This document shows, piece by piece, positions 24,929 through 38,079 of a stretch of 64,000 nucleotides of DNA (position 1 is the stretch's first letter; every line of letters begins with the position of its first letter). This DNA comes from Squalus acanthias (Eukaryota). The notes beneath the pieces are model-generated. The model did no database searches. It saw nothing but the letters and a program-made list of their open reading frames with translations, and was not told the DNA's origin. The DNA is taken from the NCBI GenBank assembly GCA_030390025.1, contig CM059432.1, positions 53,260,001-53,324,000 of the forward strand. Direction: 5' to 3'. Made by a program: the position numbers and the translations under genes.

Positions 24929-27408
24929 TCCACTCTGTCATCTCCATCAACGTAGCCCCAAAACAGCGGCGGCAACAGAAACAATGCCGCAGGAAAATCA
25001 ACACTGGAGCACTCAAAGACCCCGCTAAGAAAGCCCTATTCAGCCTGCGCCTCACAACCAACCTGACGACTCCCAGTGATGCAGAGACACAGAGTGTCCA
25101 CAGCGCCTGGTCTGCACTCAAGGCCTCCATAATCAGCACCTGTGAAGAGACGCTCGGTCACTCGACCAGGAGACACCAAGACTGGTTCGACGAGAACGAC
25201 CAGGAGATCCAGGAGCTAATTAGTCGCAAGCGCAAGGCATTCCTGATCTGGAAACAGCCACACAACTCGAGAGCAAGAAAGCAGCTCTACAGACGCCTGA
25301 AGGCCGAGGTCCAACAAAAAACTCGTGACCTAAAGAACAGACGGTGGGTGGAGAAAGCACAGGAGATCCAGCAGCTAGCCGACAACCACGACGTGCGTGG
25401 ATTCTTTAGCGCAGTCAAGACCACCTACGGCCCAAGCATCCAAGGTCCTACCCCACTGCCAAGAACGGAGAGGTACTCATCAAGGACAGAGAGGCAGTCA
25501 GTGATCACTGGAAGGAGGACTTCGAAGATCTCCTTAACCAAGACTCTGTCTTCGACGCGAGTGTCCTCAACTCCATCCCGCAGCATGCTACCCTCCACCA
25601 TCTCAGCACAACCCCAGCCCGGCATGAGGTTGAAAAGGCCATCCGACAACTGAAGAACAACAAGGCCTCTGGAGCAGATGGAATCCCCGCCGTGGCACTA
25701 AAGCATGGCGGAGAAGCACTACTGGCGCGAATTCATGAACTCATTTCTCTTATCTGGAAGGAGGAGAGCTTGCCAGGGAATCTCAGAGACGCTGTAATTG
25801 TGACCATCTTCAAGAAAGGTGACAAGTCCGATTGCGGTAATTACAGAGGAGTTTCCCTGCTGTCTGCCACAGGGAAAGTCATTGTAAGAATCCTCCTCAA
25901 TCGCCTTCTCCCAGTGGTTGAAGAGCTCCTCCCAGAGTCGCAATGCGGATTCCGCCCACTAAGGGGCACAATGGACATGATCTTCACGTGTGTCAATTAC
26001 AAGAGAAATGCAGGGAACAGCACCAACCGCTTTACATGGCCTTCTTTGATCTCACAAAGGCCTTCGACACTGTCAACCGTGAGGGATTATGGAGTGTCCT
26101 CCGCGAATTCGACTGCCCTCAAAAGTTTGTCACCATCCTCCGCCTGCTTCACAACGACATGCAAGCCGTGATCCTGACCAACAGTTCCACCACAGACCCA
26201 ATTCACGTACGGACCGGGATCAAGCAAGGCTCTGTCATCGCACCAACGCTCTTCTCGATCTTCCTTGCTGCAATGCTCCGTCTCACCCTCAGTGAGCTCT
26301 CCACTGGAGTGGAGCTAATTTACAGAACAAACGGGAAACCGTTCAACCTCTGTCGCCTCCAGTCCAGATCCAAGGTCGTCCCATCCTCTGTCGTCGAATT
26401 ACAGTATGCAGACGACGCTTGCGTCTGCGCTCACTCGGAGGTCGAACTCCAAACCATCGTCAACACCTTCACCGAAGCATACGAGAGCATGGGCCTTACA
26501 CTAAACATCCGTAAGACAAAGGTCCTCTACCAACCTGCCCCCACCACACAGCACTGCCCCCCGATTATCAAAATCCACAACAAGGCCTTGGACAACGTGG
26601 ACCACTTTCCATACCTCAGGAGCCTACTGTCAACAAGGGCAGACGTCGATGACGAAATCCAACGCCACCTTCAGTGTGCCAGTGCAGCCTTCGGTCGCCT
26701 GAGGAAGAGTGTGTTTGAAGACCAGGAGCTCAAACCTGGCACTAAGCTCATGGTCTACAGAGCAGCAGTGTTACCCGCCCTGCTGTATGCCTCAGAGACA
26801 TGGACCATGTACAGCAGGCACCTCAAAGCACTGAAGAGGTACCACCAACGCTGCCTCCGCAAGATCCTGCAAATCCATTGGCAGGATAGGCGCACCAACA
26901 TCAGTGTTCTTGCTCAGGCCAACATCCCCAGCATCAAAGCTTTGACCACGCTTGATCAGCTCCGATGGATGGGTCCCATCGTCCGTGTGCCTGATACGAG
27001 ACTCCCAAAACAAGCGCTCTACTCGGAGCTCCGACGCGGCAAGAGAGCCCCAGGTGAGCAGAGGAAACGCTTCAAGGACAACCTGAAAGCCTCCTTGAAA
27101 AAATGAAACATCCCCACCGACACCTGGGAATCCCTGGCCCAAGACAGCACAAAGTGGAGGAGAAGCATCCAGGAAGGCGCCGAACACCTCGAGTCTCTTC
27201 GCCGGGAGCAAGCGGAAGCCAAGCGCAAGCAGCACAAGGAGCGCACGTCAACCCAAGAACCCCACTCACCCGCCCCTTCAACCACCGTCTGCCCCACCTG
27301 TGACAGAGACTGTAGGTCCTGCATTGGACTCATCAGTCACCTGAGAACTCATTTTTAATGTGGAAGCAGGTCATCCTCGGTTCCGAGGGACTGCCTAAGA
27401 AGAAGAAG
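24929..27408 (+). mobile_element. RTE-clade LINE, 5'-truncated, frameshifted
   Basis: ORFs 24886..25653, 25692..26171, 25943..27106 (NYRGVSLLS, DLTKAFDTV, YADD); (AAG)n tail; 35-bp TSD. Confidence 0.93.
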
Positions 27409-28584
27409 AAAACCCCAGTTACACCTAATACAAAAGGGTCTAACTTTTAACGGGGTATTTAACAGTGATATTACTGCGGAAGAGTCGAAGTTTACGTCAG
27501 TTTCACTGATTACACAGATTACACTGATTGCTGGCTCTGGGGGTTGGGGCTGGGGGGTGTCCACAGTGCAGCCAGTGTCGGAGCTGTGAATAACTGACCG
27601 CAACTTCAGGATTTCCGCGTTAGGATGCGCATGAGCTACATCCTGAAGTTGCAGTCAGTTTCAAAGGGGTAATAGCAGCGAACGTTGTTCGTTTGCTGTT
27701 ATTACCCACCGCAAATTCCTGCCCAATATACACTTCACAGTGGATTACTGAACTTTTTGCAATTTATACTGGTTATGTAGCTTGTTAGCTATTTGAGAAG
27801 AATCACTATTACGTAGTGTTTGGCTGTTCTTTTTTTATTTCCATTATCAAAATCACATACAAACAAGAAACACATTTTTAAAAACTACAGTTTCTATTTT
27901 GTTAGCAGGTTATAAATAATGATGAAAATGAGCATTTAATCCATCTTTAGGAAAAAGCAGCAAATAATCTCAAGTCAGCCAGTGGCAATAATAGAATCCA
28001 AGATTTATCAGGAATTTAACGATGCAATAATTGTTTTAGCAATATTTGAATCAGAGTATGAAAAATATTATTGGTATAGTACAGCATCCACATCTTGCTG
28101 GTCATTATTATTGAAGCCATCACTGGTGATTTTTTCCTTGATTTGTTTTTATAATAGTTAATTTTGGTGGTGTCATCACAACACTATGTTACCATTCTAC
28201 CAATTAAATATCAAGAAAGAGAAAAAGGGCTCTTGTTTCTAGAGGAGAAATTGCTTAGGACTTATGTGTAGTGTTGAATTGTGATGACTGATTTCAGAGC
28301 TGTCAACATGAAGCAAATCTTAGGAGTTAGGACATTTATAATCAGGAAGATGGACGGAGTTTGGAAATCCAGTTAAACATATGGAGCTCAATTTATTTCT
28401 CAGATTGACGTGTGTTGGTAAAGGTCATATTTTAAAACTGGAATGAGTGATTGCTACTCCTAATGAATGGCAGTTGTCAGGTCTGCTAAATTAGGCTGAG
28501 AACTGCCCAATATAAAAATGACTTGATTAAGGGATACAGCCAGCCAACAATCAGTATGAGTAAATGCAACACTGTAAGATTATC

Positions 28585-29317
28585 GGGCTGGATCTTGCGG
28601 TCAGTGGGGAACGAACAATGCCAGCCATTCATTACACTTACACTTGACCACAGACATTCGATGGTCTTTTGCACTGGAACTTGCGCTGATTAGAGAGCCA
28701 TTTCGGTGCAGCACCCTCTACAGGGGATCTGGGACCTGTGTGAACAGGGCAAGCAACTGTGTATCTCCTTAACCAATCAGATTGAAGAATTGTTAATGAG
28801 CCGAGCAGAGTCTGAACCAGGAAGTGTCAGTTCGAATGTCAAATCATGTACAGAAAGCAAAGTAAGGAGAGGGAAAAAAGATGGGATTAAGAGAGAGAGA
28901 GATAAAAGAGACAGAAAGAAAAAGTTAAAAAAAATTACTTACTTTTTTATATCTCCAACAATAATTAAAATCTGAACGAATGAGACTCCACATTGTAAAA
29001 GTTAAACAAGCAGAGAGGATGTTTGGCAGTAATTAAGACATCACGCCATTACAAATTTACTTACACTGGAATGTACAAGCCCTAACTTTTTCTGGCGAGT
29101 TTAGTGGGTACATATCACGTAAGTACAGCAACTTCACGCTGTTCCATGTTATCGGTATAGCGCAGCTTCTGGAGGAGCAGGGCAACTCGGACAGCAACTT
29201 CCTGATTTCCGTTTTTAACTCTGCATGTTCAGTCGCCAGAAGTTGCTGTTCGATTTACACTTTAATAACGGGGAGCGCTGTTAGCCTCATCGTTATTGTT
29301 AACGCAAAATCCGGACC
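28585..29317. mobile_element. Harbinger-type MITE
   Basis: TIR gggctggatcttgcg / cgcaaaatccggacc; exact 3-bp TSD atc; related to the 18513 element. Confidence 0.8.
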
Positions 29318-29371
29318 ATCATTTAACTATTAGCTCACTTGGAATACCTCAATGGTTTGATGTGACATATT

Positions 29372-30640
29372 AGGGCCAATTTTAACTACCAGCGGAGAAT
29401 AGGTGGGCAGCGGGCAGAATGTATCCATTCTTACTGGCATTTTGCCGCCCAGGCCTCATTTACATTCCAGTACCAAGCTGTGGGGACCAAGCATTCACCA
29501 CTACTCTCTGCTTTCTGTCTCTTAGGCAATTTTGTATTAATGCTGGCACTGCCCCTTTAATCCCCTTTCATTTTGCTAAAAAGTCTATTATGTGGCACTT
29601 CATCAAATGCCTTTTGTAAGTCCATATACAAAACATCAACTGCACTACCTTCATCAACTCTCTGAATAGAAGCTATCCCTCCTCCTGTTTGCGTGTGTTC
29701 ATGGGTATTGTGTGCCAACTTGTTCTGCAGAAAGAAGAGGAGTTTATTAGCACATGGCTCCATCAAAGGCTTGTGAATTTGTGTGAGGCATGCTGATGTG
29801 TGAATGATCAGCATGACATGTGCAGGATAGGGAGGCGTCACAGAGCAGGAAAGCGGCAGGAGGGTGACATTTGCCAGCAAGTACAAGAAGAGTGCATAGA
29901 TTACCCTTTGCAGCCAGGTGACAGCAGTATGCTGCATGAGCTTGCTGAGAGGGCAGCAGCAGTTGCTGATAGTGTAGTTGGAGCTTAGTTCCCATTGTTA
30001 ATTAGAGTAGAAGCAGGTGGAGAGGAGGATAGGAGTGCTTGGGTGATGTGGAGGGAAGGGAAATGCCACGGCAAGGTATGATGCAGAGGAAACATCACAA
30101 TCAACAATTCTTACCTTGGCGAGCGTGTGGGTCATTAAACTTTTTACGGCATTGCAGCTATGCCCTGGGGGTGAGACTCACTTCATTTACCTGCTCAGAT
30201 ACCTTCCTCCAGGCCCGCAAAGTATCAGTCTCAGGACTCAAGTCCTACTGGTGGGGAAGAGCAGCTCCTTGTGCTCCCTCACTTGCTCCATTGAAGTCTC
30301 CAGGACAGCATCTGAAAATTTTGTTGCTGTTACCTGTTCCGTAGCCAACCTTCAGTTTCATCTCCCAAAGCTCAGGAATAAAATTAAGTTCACTCTTTAA
30401 GAGGTTGTATCTCGCTTTAAGAGACACAGCCTCTCTTGATGTTGACGCTGGGCCCGCCTGAAATTCCACCCCCTTCATTGGCAAACTGCCCGTTAACTGT
30501 GGAAAACTTGTGGGCAGCTCGCCTGTCATTGGCTAATGAGGACCGATTATCAAAATGGTTCGGGCCTCTCACAGCCTTCATTCAGCAGATTGTCCCACTC
30601 ATTGGGCACTGAATCAGTGCCCGAAGTTAAAATGAGCCCC
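29372..30640 (-). mobile_element. Degenerate Harbinger derivative with Myb/SANT gene remnants and an internal CR1 fragment (about 29480-29665)
   Basis: TIR-like ends agggccaatttttaac / gttaaaatgagcccc; 'QNKLAHNTHEHTQTGGG' matches Myb exon 2; 'VDVLYMDLQKAFDEVPH' is CR1. Confidence 0.65.
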
Positions 30641-31264
30641 AATATCAGGAGACAATCATGAACGTCTCTCTGATAAGTTTGTCTTGCAGCTGTCTCCTAG
30701 TAGCTGTCTATATGTCCGAGTTCCTATGTCTCGGGGGGTTTAGCTTCTGACTCTGTCTTCTCCTCAGGAATCTCAATTTCCAGACTTTTCTGAAGAGAAA
30801 AATTTTGAAGGCCAATTCAGCAGGCCACAAGTCTTAATCAACATTGCGAGTATTATGGAGGGAAAGACCTACCTAGACACCTGAATTTTCTGTCCCGCAC
30901 ACCAATGGTCTACTCAATTTTAATTCAAGCGAGCCTCAATGTAATGTTCCTCTGATTTATTTGGGCTCCTTCTCAATGGCGTTAGAAACCAAGATGGTAC
31001 TAGATATCCCTTCATTCTGAAAGAGAGCAGGGACACTGGACTACCAAAGGAAGAATGAATTATGGCAGCTCCCTGCATACTGGGCATTGACGTGCAGAAA
31101 CTTGTGCCTGTAGTTGTGCATTAATTGGACATTAAAGGAGTGAAATCTTTTTCTGTTCAAACAATAATGTGGATTGACAGCAGGGGCTCATGTGGCCACA
31201 TAGTCTATAGGTCCAAGCACGCGTGGAAACCCTGCAATCCAATAAAAAGTCATGACGCGCTCAC

Positions 31265-31436
31265 CAATGTTCCCGTTAATTTTTTTGGGGGTGCGTGGCT
31301 CCTTTAAGGGACTGCGTGGCCTATTCAAAATTTTGTGCGCGCGTAGTGCTTCCGATTGACAAGCCGGCGAGCTGGCTGTGCGGAAGGTCCAGAGTGCTGC
31401 GTGGCCGTGTTGCTGCGCAGTTTAAAGGGAACATTG
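31265..31436. mobile_element. hAT-type MITE (same family as 16388, opposite orientation)
   Basis: TIR caatgttccc/gggaacattg; TSD gcgctcac/cagctcac. Confidence 0.75.
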
Positions 31437-31647
31437 CAGCTCACCCATTTGTCTTGATCCTATAATCAACTGGGCTGCCCAGGCAAACAGGACATTAATC
31501 ACATGCATACGCAAGAATGGACAGCAAGTTGACTGAGCTGGCAGAAGTTGGTTGTTGTTCCTTGGAATGATCCAGTGGCCAGGAAACTAAGCACTCTAGT
31601 AAGTCCGGTGGGACAATGGCAGAACCCCCAGGGAAATGGCAGAAATA

Positions 31648-32350
31648 CTACCTGGAATACTGCATACAGTTTTGGTGTCCTTACTTAAGGAAAGACATCC
31701 TTGCTCTCGAGGCAGTGCAAAAAAGGTTCACTCGGTTAATCCCGGGGATGAGGGGGTGGTCATATGAGGAGAGGTTGGGTAGATTGGGACTCTACTCATT
31801 GGAGTTCAGAAGAATGAGAGGCGATCTTATTGAAACATATAAGATTGTGAAGGGGTTGGATCGGGTGGATGCGGGGAGGATGTTCCCGATGACGGGTGAG
31901 ACTAGAACTAGGGGACATAGTCTTAGAATAAGGGGCTGCTCTTTCAAAACTGAGATGAGGAGGAACTACTTCACTCAGAGGGTGGTAGGTCCATGGAATA
32001 TGCTGCCACAAAAAGCTGTAGAAGCTACATCATTAAATAAATTTAAAACAGAAATAGACAGTTTCCTAGAAGTAAAGGGCATTAAGGGTTACGGGGAGCG
32101 GGCAGGAATTTGGACATGAGTCTAGGTTTGGATCGGTCATGGCCCTGTGGGTAGTGGAGCGGGCCCAGGGACCGTGTAGCCTGATTCTGCTCCTATTTCG
32201 TGTGTGCAATTCTGTTAGATGCAGGAGATGGTTCTGTGATAGTAGATTGGCGGTTAGGATCAGATCAGCCATGATCTTATTGAATGGCGGAGCAGGCTCG
32301 AGGGGCCGATTGGCCTACTCCTGCTCCTATTTCTTATGTTCTTATGTTCT
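31648..32350 (+). mobile_element. CR1 LINE 3' fragment
   Basis: ORF 31616..32119 (LEYCIQFWCP...); (TTCTTATG)n tail. Confidence 0.92.
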
Positions 32351-32478
32351 TAAATGGCCAGCTAAAAAGTCCAGGAAAATCACTGACAAAATCAGAGAAA
32401 ATCATTGCAAAGAGGCCACATCAGCTATATGAGAAGAATGCTACCCAGATACATTCCTATCGCCCTCCTAGAGCCTGC

Positions 32479-32789
32479 TAGAATTTCCAACACTCCTGGA
32501 TCGTCCTGGAGTCTCCAGGAATTAAAGAGTAATCTTCCAAAGACTGCTGCAAGCAACCCAGGAGAAAAATCATGGGGGAATTAAAAAATATTGGAATTAG
32601 GAAAAAGGCTGTTTGACTGACAGGCTAGAATCATCCAATTGAGTAACAAAGAGTCTATTTGCTTTCCAATTGGCATGGGAAGGAGGTGCACTGTGAAGGT
32701 AGACGTGCCGGGTGACCAATGGCGGTTGGAGGCAAAAGATCATGTGATGAAACTTTCCGGAATACGTCCAACCAGAGTTGGCAACCCTA
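32479..32789. mobile_element. hAT-type non-autonomous element
   Basis: Ends tagaatttccaac / gttggcaacccta; 8-bp TSD gagcctgc/gagactgc. Confidence 0.7.
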
Positions 32790-32867
32790 GAGACTGCTAG
32801 AGGAGCACATGGTCTTGCTTCATCAGACCAGAAGCAAAGTCTATGCGAGGTGTTGAGTTTCTGGGTC

Positions 32868-33681
32868 TGTGCCAATTAACCCTTTCACTCTTAAGTTCCG
32901 AAAGATTCGACTTGACCCTTATTGGTGACAGTGATTATACTTTATTCAGTGTAAGCGAGACTTGATACATTACTAGTATCTGAGCAGTAGCTAACAAGGC
33001 GCAATCAAGTGTTACATTACCCGTTATGCTCTGGGTAGAAAGGTTGCGATCTCCACGAGCAAACCCCCGCCGGCCCATTAGCCCTTTAAACTCTGCGTAC
33101 GGTTGGTGTCACACATGTGGTCCCTCCACCAGTCCATCCCTCTCGGCCCGTCTGGATAGTCCCAAGCTTTTCAGCCAAATACCTCTACAACCCTTGTGTC
33201 GAAGAGACCCCCCTCTTATACCCCTTCTTCACAGCAAAGTCTATGGGGACCAGATAAGCTAATCATGGACTTACACATGAATTTCACTACCCAATTACAG
33301 CGATGCCACGTACTCACTGACCCCACCTGCCCCTGTCAGGCCATCACCCTCATGACCTCCTCCCTCTCCTGACACCATCTGTGTTTCACTCCCTAACAGT
33401 GTCTAATTCAAGTGAGACATGATGTCCTTGTCCATCATTTATCTTACCTGGGAAGTGAAGAGTTATGATTTTGTTATGGCTTTACTATGACTTAGCCTTT
33501 GTCCCTTATCAGGGTCTCTGGAATCTTGCCAAGCTGGCCTTGTTGTTTTACGGGCAGCTATTCTTTTATGAGAAAATGCTGAAATAGCTTTTTTAAATTT
33601 TGGTTCAAGAAGGACCCACGAGCCTTTCGTTTTCCTCCATCTTACCTCCCAAACCAGGGCTACCCAGGGCATGTCACAACA
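32868..33681 (-). mobile_element. Putative solo LTR
   Basis: TG...CA ends with ggtc/ggtt flanks (alternative left end 32851); minus-strand TATAA (33216-33220) upstream of AATAAA (32941-32946). Confidence 0.45.
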
Positions 33682-34914
33682 GGTTTACAAGTATGATTAT
33701 AAGTGCAACAATTGCAGAATGAAATCGTTAATCTAAAATGAATAATAGTATGTATTGATTATATTTCAGGTTAGTTGGTAAGTGAATGTGAAGTGGAGAC
33801 TTTCCCAGTAATCTCACAAAGGGTACAATCGGTTGTCATTGAGATACACACAATATTATGCAGTTTCGCTGGGTTCGGTTGAGAGGGCAGATTGGCTCTC
33901 TCTTCAATATTCTTTTCTCACCATACTGCTGCAAAACCAGCAACCATCCTCCACACAGCTCCAGGATGTTGTCATTCAATGTTCTTTTTAGTCATCAGCA
34001 GGCTTTGCTGTGGAGATTACATATGAACATAGGAACTTTTAGGAATAGGAAAAGGTCATTTGGTCAAACAAGCTTGTTCTTTGTAGGTTTATGGGGCCTG
34101 CACACAGTTTTCTTTGGGCTGAGGTGGCTGATATCCAGAGTTATATATCGGCTCATCAATATGACAAATAATAATTGTATAATATTGTACCTGTATGCTT
34201 GCATGTGGGACACTATACAAAAGAAGATATCATACCCACCAGAAAAAGACGATTTTCTTCAGCAACTTTCTTAGTTTGTTTATAAAAATGATTCCAGTGA
34301 TGTATCAATATTTAGATGGTCCTGAGTAAAAGCTGTATTCTAGCAGTGATCTAGTTTTCACCAAAGAGGGCTACATGAATTGCATCACTTGAATCTGTTT
34401 TATGTCTCTGTTACAATAATTGTGCAGCAGGTATCCAGGCAATGTTCCTAATAATTTTCCTTCACTGGAGTTGCTATATATCATTCTATAGTTTGCACAT
34501 ATATTCCCGATGAGAGCAAGCAACGGTTACAGAGAGTCACATAACACTGTGATTGGAATGCACTCATATTAATCTAAGGTGACCTTCACCAGCAAGACAG
34601 AGCACAATCCATGGAGTATGTATTAGCGTTATATTATTTAGTTTTGAACAATGGCAATTTCGTGCTTAGTTATAAAAATGGACAATGGACATGACTTGTT
34701 GCTATCTCTGGTGTTTTAGTCCCTGGCAGCCTATATTAATAAGAAATTTCTGATACGCCTTTGTGGCATTTATGACGTGTAATGACAAATACTGTATTGG
34801 TGTAATTTAATAATCTAATATTTGAGAATGAAAATTAGTTTTAGATGTCTGAAAATCAGAAAATTAACTATCTCGATTTAAAAGTTAGCTCTATGTTAAA
34901 GTTGCCGTTTCAAT

Positions 34915-36779
34915 CTTCTTCTTAGGCAGTCCCTCGGAACCGAGGATGACTTGCTTCCACACTAAAAATGTGTTCTCAGGTGACTGATGAGTCCAATGTG
35001 GGACCTACAGTCTCTGTCACAGGTGGGGCAGACGGTGGTTGAAGGGGCAGGTGGGTGGGGTGCTTGGGTTGACGTGCGCTCCTTCCGCTGTTTGTGCTTG
35101 GCTTCCGCTTGCTCCCGGCGAAGAGACTCGAGGTGTTCAGCGCCTTCCCAGATGCTTCTCCTCCACTTTGTGCAGTCTTGGGCCAGGGATTCCTAGGTGT
35201 CAGTGGGGATGTTACACTTTTTCAAGAAGATTTTGAGGGTGTCCTTGAAGCATTTCCTCTGCCCACCAGGGGCTCTCTTGCCGTGTCAGAGCTCCGAGTA
35301 GAGCGCTTGTTTTGGGAGTCTCGTATCGGGCATGCGGACGATGTGGCCCGTCCATCGGACCTGATCGAGCGCGGTCAAAGCTTCAATGCTGGGGATGTTG
35401 GCCTGAGCGAGAACACTGACGTTGGTGCACCTATCCTGCCAATGGATTTGCAGGATCTTGCGGAGGCAGCGTTGGTGGTACCTCTGCAGTGCTTTGAAGT
35501 GCCTGTTGTACATGGTCCATGTCTCTGAAGCATACAGGAGCGCGGGTATCACTACTGCTCTGTAGACCATGAGCTTGGTGCTGGGTTTGAGGTCTTGGTC
35601 TTCAAACACTCTCTTCCTCAGGTGACCGAAGGCTGCACTGGCACACTGAAGGCGGTGTTGGACTTCGTCATCGAAGTCTGCCCTTGTTGACAGTAGGCTC
35701 CCGAGGTATGGAAAGTGGTCCACATTGTCCAAGGCCTCGTCATGGATTTTGATAATCGGGGAGTAGTGCTGTGTGGTGGGGGCAGGTTGGTAGAGGACCT
35801 TTGTCTTACGGGTGTTTAGTGTAAGGCCCATGCTCTCGTACGCTTCGGTGAAGGTGTTGATGATGGTTTGGAGTTCGACCTCCGAGTGTGCGCAGACGCA
35901 AGCGTTGTCTGCATACTGTAATTCAATGACAGAGGATGGGATGACCTTGGATCTGGACTGGAGGCGACGGAGGTTGAACAGTTTCCCGTTTGTTCTGTAG
36001 ATTAGCTCCACTCCAGCGGGGACCTTACTAAAGGTGAGATGAAGCATTGCAGCCAGGAAGATCGAGAAGAGCATTGGTACGATGACACAGCCTTGCTTGA
36101 CCCTGGTCCCTATGTGAATTGGGTCTGTGGTGGATCTGTTGGTCAGGATCCCAGCTTGCATGTCGTCATGAAGCAGGCAGAGGATGGTGACAAACTTTTG
36201 AGGGCAGCCGAATTTGAGGAGTACACTCCATAATCCCTCACAGTTGACAGTGTTGAAGGCCTTTGTGAGGTTAAAGAAGGCCATGTACAGCGATTGATGC
36301 TGTTCCCTGCATTTTTCTTGTAATTGACACGCGGTGAAGTTCACGTCCATTGTGCCCCATAGTGGGCAGAATCCGCATTGCGACTCTGGGAGGAGCTCTT
36401 CAGCCACTGGGAGAAGGCAATTGAGGAGGATTCTTACAATGATTTTCCCTGTGGCAGACAGCAGGGAAACTCCTCTGTAATTACTGCAATCGGAATTGTC
36501 ACCTTTCTTGAAGATGGTCATGATTACGGCTGTCTTCGACGCAAGTATCCGCAACTCCATCCCGCAGCATGCTACCCGCCACCACCTCAGCACAACCCCA
36601 GCCCGGCATCAGGTTGAAAAGGTCATCCAACAACTGAAGAACAACAAGGCCTCAGGAGCAGATGGAATCCCTGCCGAGGCGCTAAAACATGGCGGAAAAG
36701 CACTATTGGCGCGAATACGTGAACTCATTTCTCTTATTTGGAAGGAGGAGAGCATGCCAGGGGATCTCAGAGATGCTGT
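34915..36779 (-). mobile_element. RTE-clade LINE with inverted 5' segment (about 36531-36779 on +)
   Basis: ORF 35286..36593; same family as 24929; TSD tgccgtttcaat/tgctgtttcaat. Confidence 0.92.
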
Positions 36780-37464
36780 TTCAATAAATCCCCTTTAATT
36801 CACACCACACAGTAATTAAAGGTAAATATAACAGGTTTATTAATTTTTTATGTGTGCTAAAGTCAATGAGAGTGATTTTTCTTTCCTCCCTCTGTCCTAA
36901 AGTGTGCTGTGTCTGTCCATATTCAGTTATACCTACATTTTCTGTCTCATGCCATTAACACGTCCCAAAGACACTACCTAGCACAGAGTTGCCCTCTGGC
37001 AGGGCCGACTACAAGAAAGCCAGGAATGACACCTCTGCAGCTGCATGCCTAACTGTCAGGCTTGGGCACTGTCTTGCTGCAGCGAAAAGGTCCTAATGCC
37101 CGAAGATCCAATGGGTTCTTGCTTCAAATCTTTAAACCTACCTCTTGACATCCTTTTTTGGCTTGCTGCTGAGTTCTCTTAGAGCCTCTGGCCTGAGGGA
37201 TGTTCTTGGCACAATGCTTTGACCAACTTATCAAGCCATACTGCATTTGGGTGCATTGGAGCTGCAACGCCAGAAAAAAAAGAGGTGGGAGGCTGGGAAC
37301 ATTCCTTCTGCCTCAATTAGACAAGACAGAGATGGACCTGTGCACTTCCCTCCCCTTTCCCAGGAAGACCAAGAAATCCCAGAACAATGTAAAAGAGGCA
37401 GAGACCCGGTGAAATGGGCCTCTGCCCCCTTTTTCCTGACCTTTGTCTCCAGAAAATGAGCATT

Positions 37465-37988
37465 CATAGAATCATAGAATCATAGAATCGTTACAGCACA
37501 GTAAGAGGCCATTCAGCCCGTAAAGCCCGTGCCGGCTCTCTGCAAGAGCACTTCAGCTAGTCCCAATCCCCCCACCCTTTCTCCATAGCCCTGCAATTAT
37601 TTTTCTTTCAGGTGCTTATCTAATTCCCTTTGAAAGCCACGATTGAATCTGCCTCCACCACCCTTTCAGGCAGTGCATTCCAGATCATAATCACTCGTTG
37701 CGTAAAGATGTTTTTCCTCATGTTGCCTTTGGTTCTTTTGCCAATCACCTTAAATCTGTGTCCTCTGGTTCTCGACCTTTCCGCCAATGGGAACAGTTTC
37801 TCTCTATCTACTCTGTTTAGACCCCTCATGATTTTGGACACCTCTATCAAATCTTCTCTCAATCTTCTCTGCTCTAAGGAGAACTACCTCAGTTTCTCCA
37901 GTCTATTCACATAACTGAAGTCCCTCATCCCTGGAACCATTTTTGTAAATCTTTTCTGCACCCTCTCTAAAGCCTTCACATCCTTCCA
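37465..37988 (-). mobile_element. CR1/HER1 LINE 3' fragment
   Basis: (CATAGAAT)n tail; ORF 37620..37862. Confidence 0.9.
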
Positions 37989-38079
37989 GGGATAAGGTCA
38001 GGAAAATCAACCCCAATGTTTTTTGCAATTAGTTTGTAACACATTTTTGAAGTATTATCTATCTACTCATGTTCTTAGA

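Larger units (their letters stand above)
18513..27724. mobile_element. Harbinger-type MITE split by Penelope and RTE insertions (pieces 18513-18736, 24649-24928, 27409-27724)
   Basis: TIRs ggcctgtaatttgcggt / accgcaaattcctgccc (14/17); flanks att/aat; pieces rejoin at TSDs. Confidence 0.75.
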
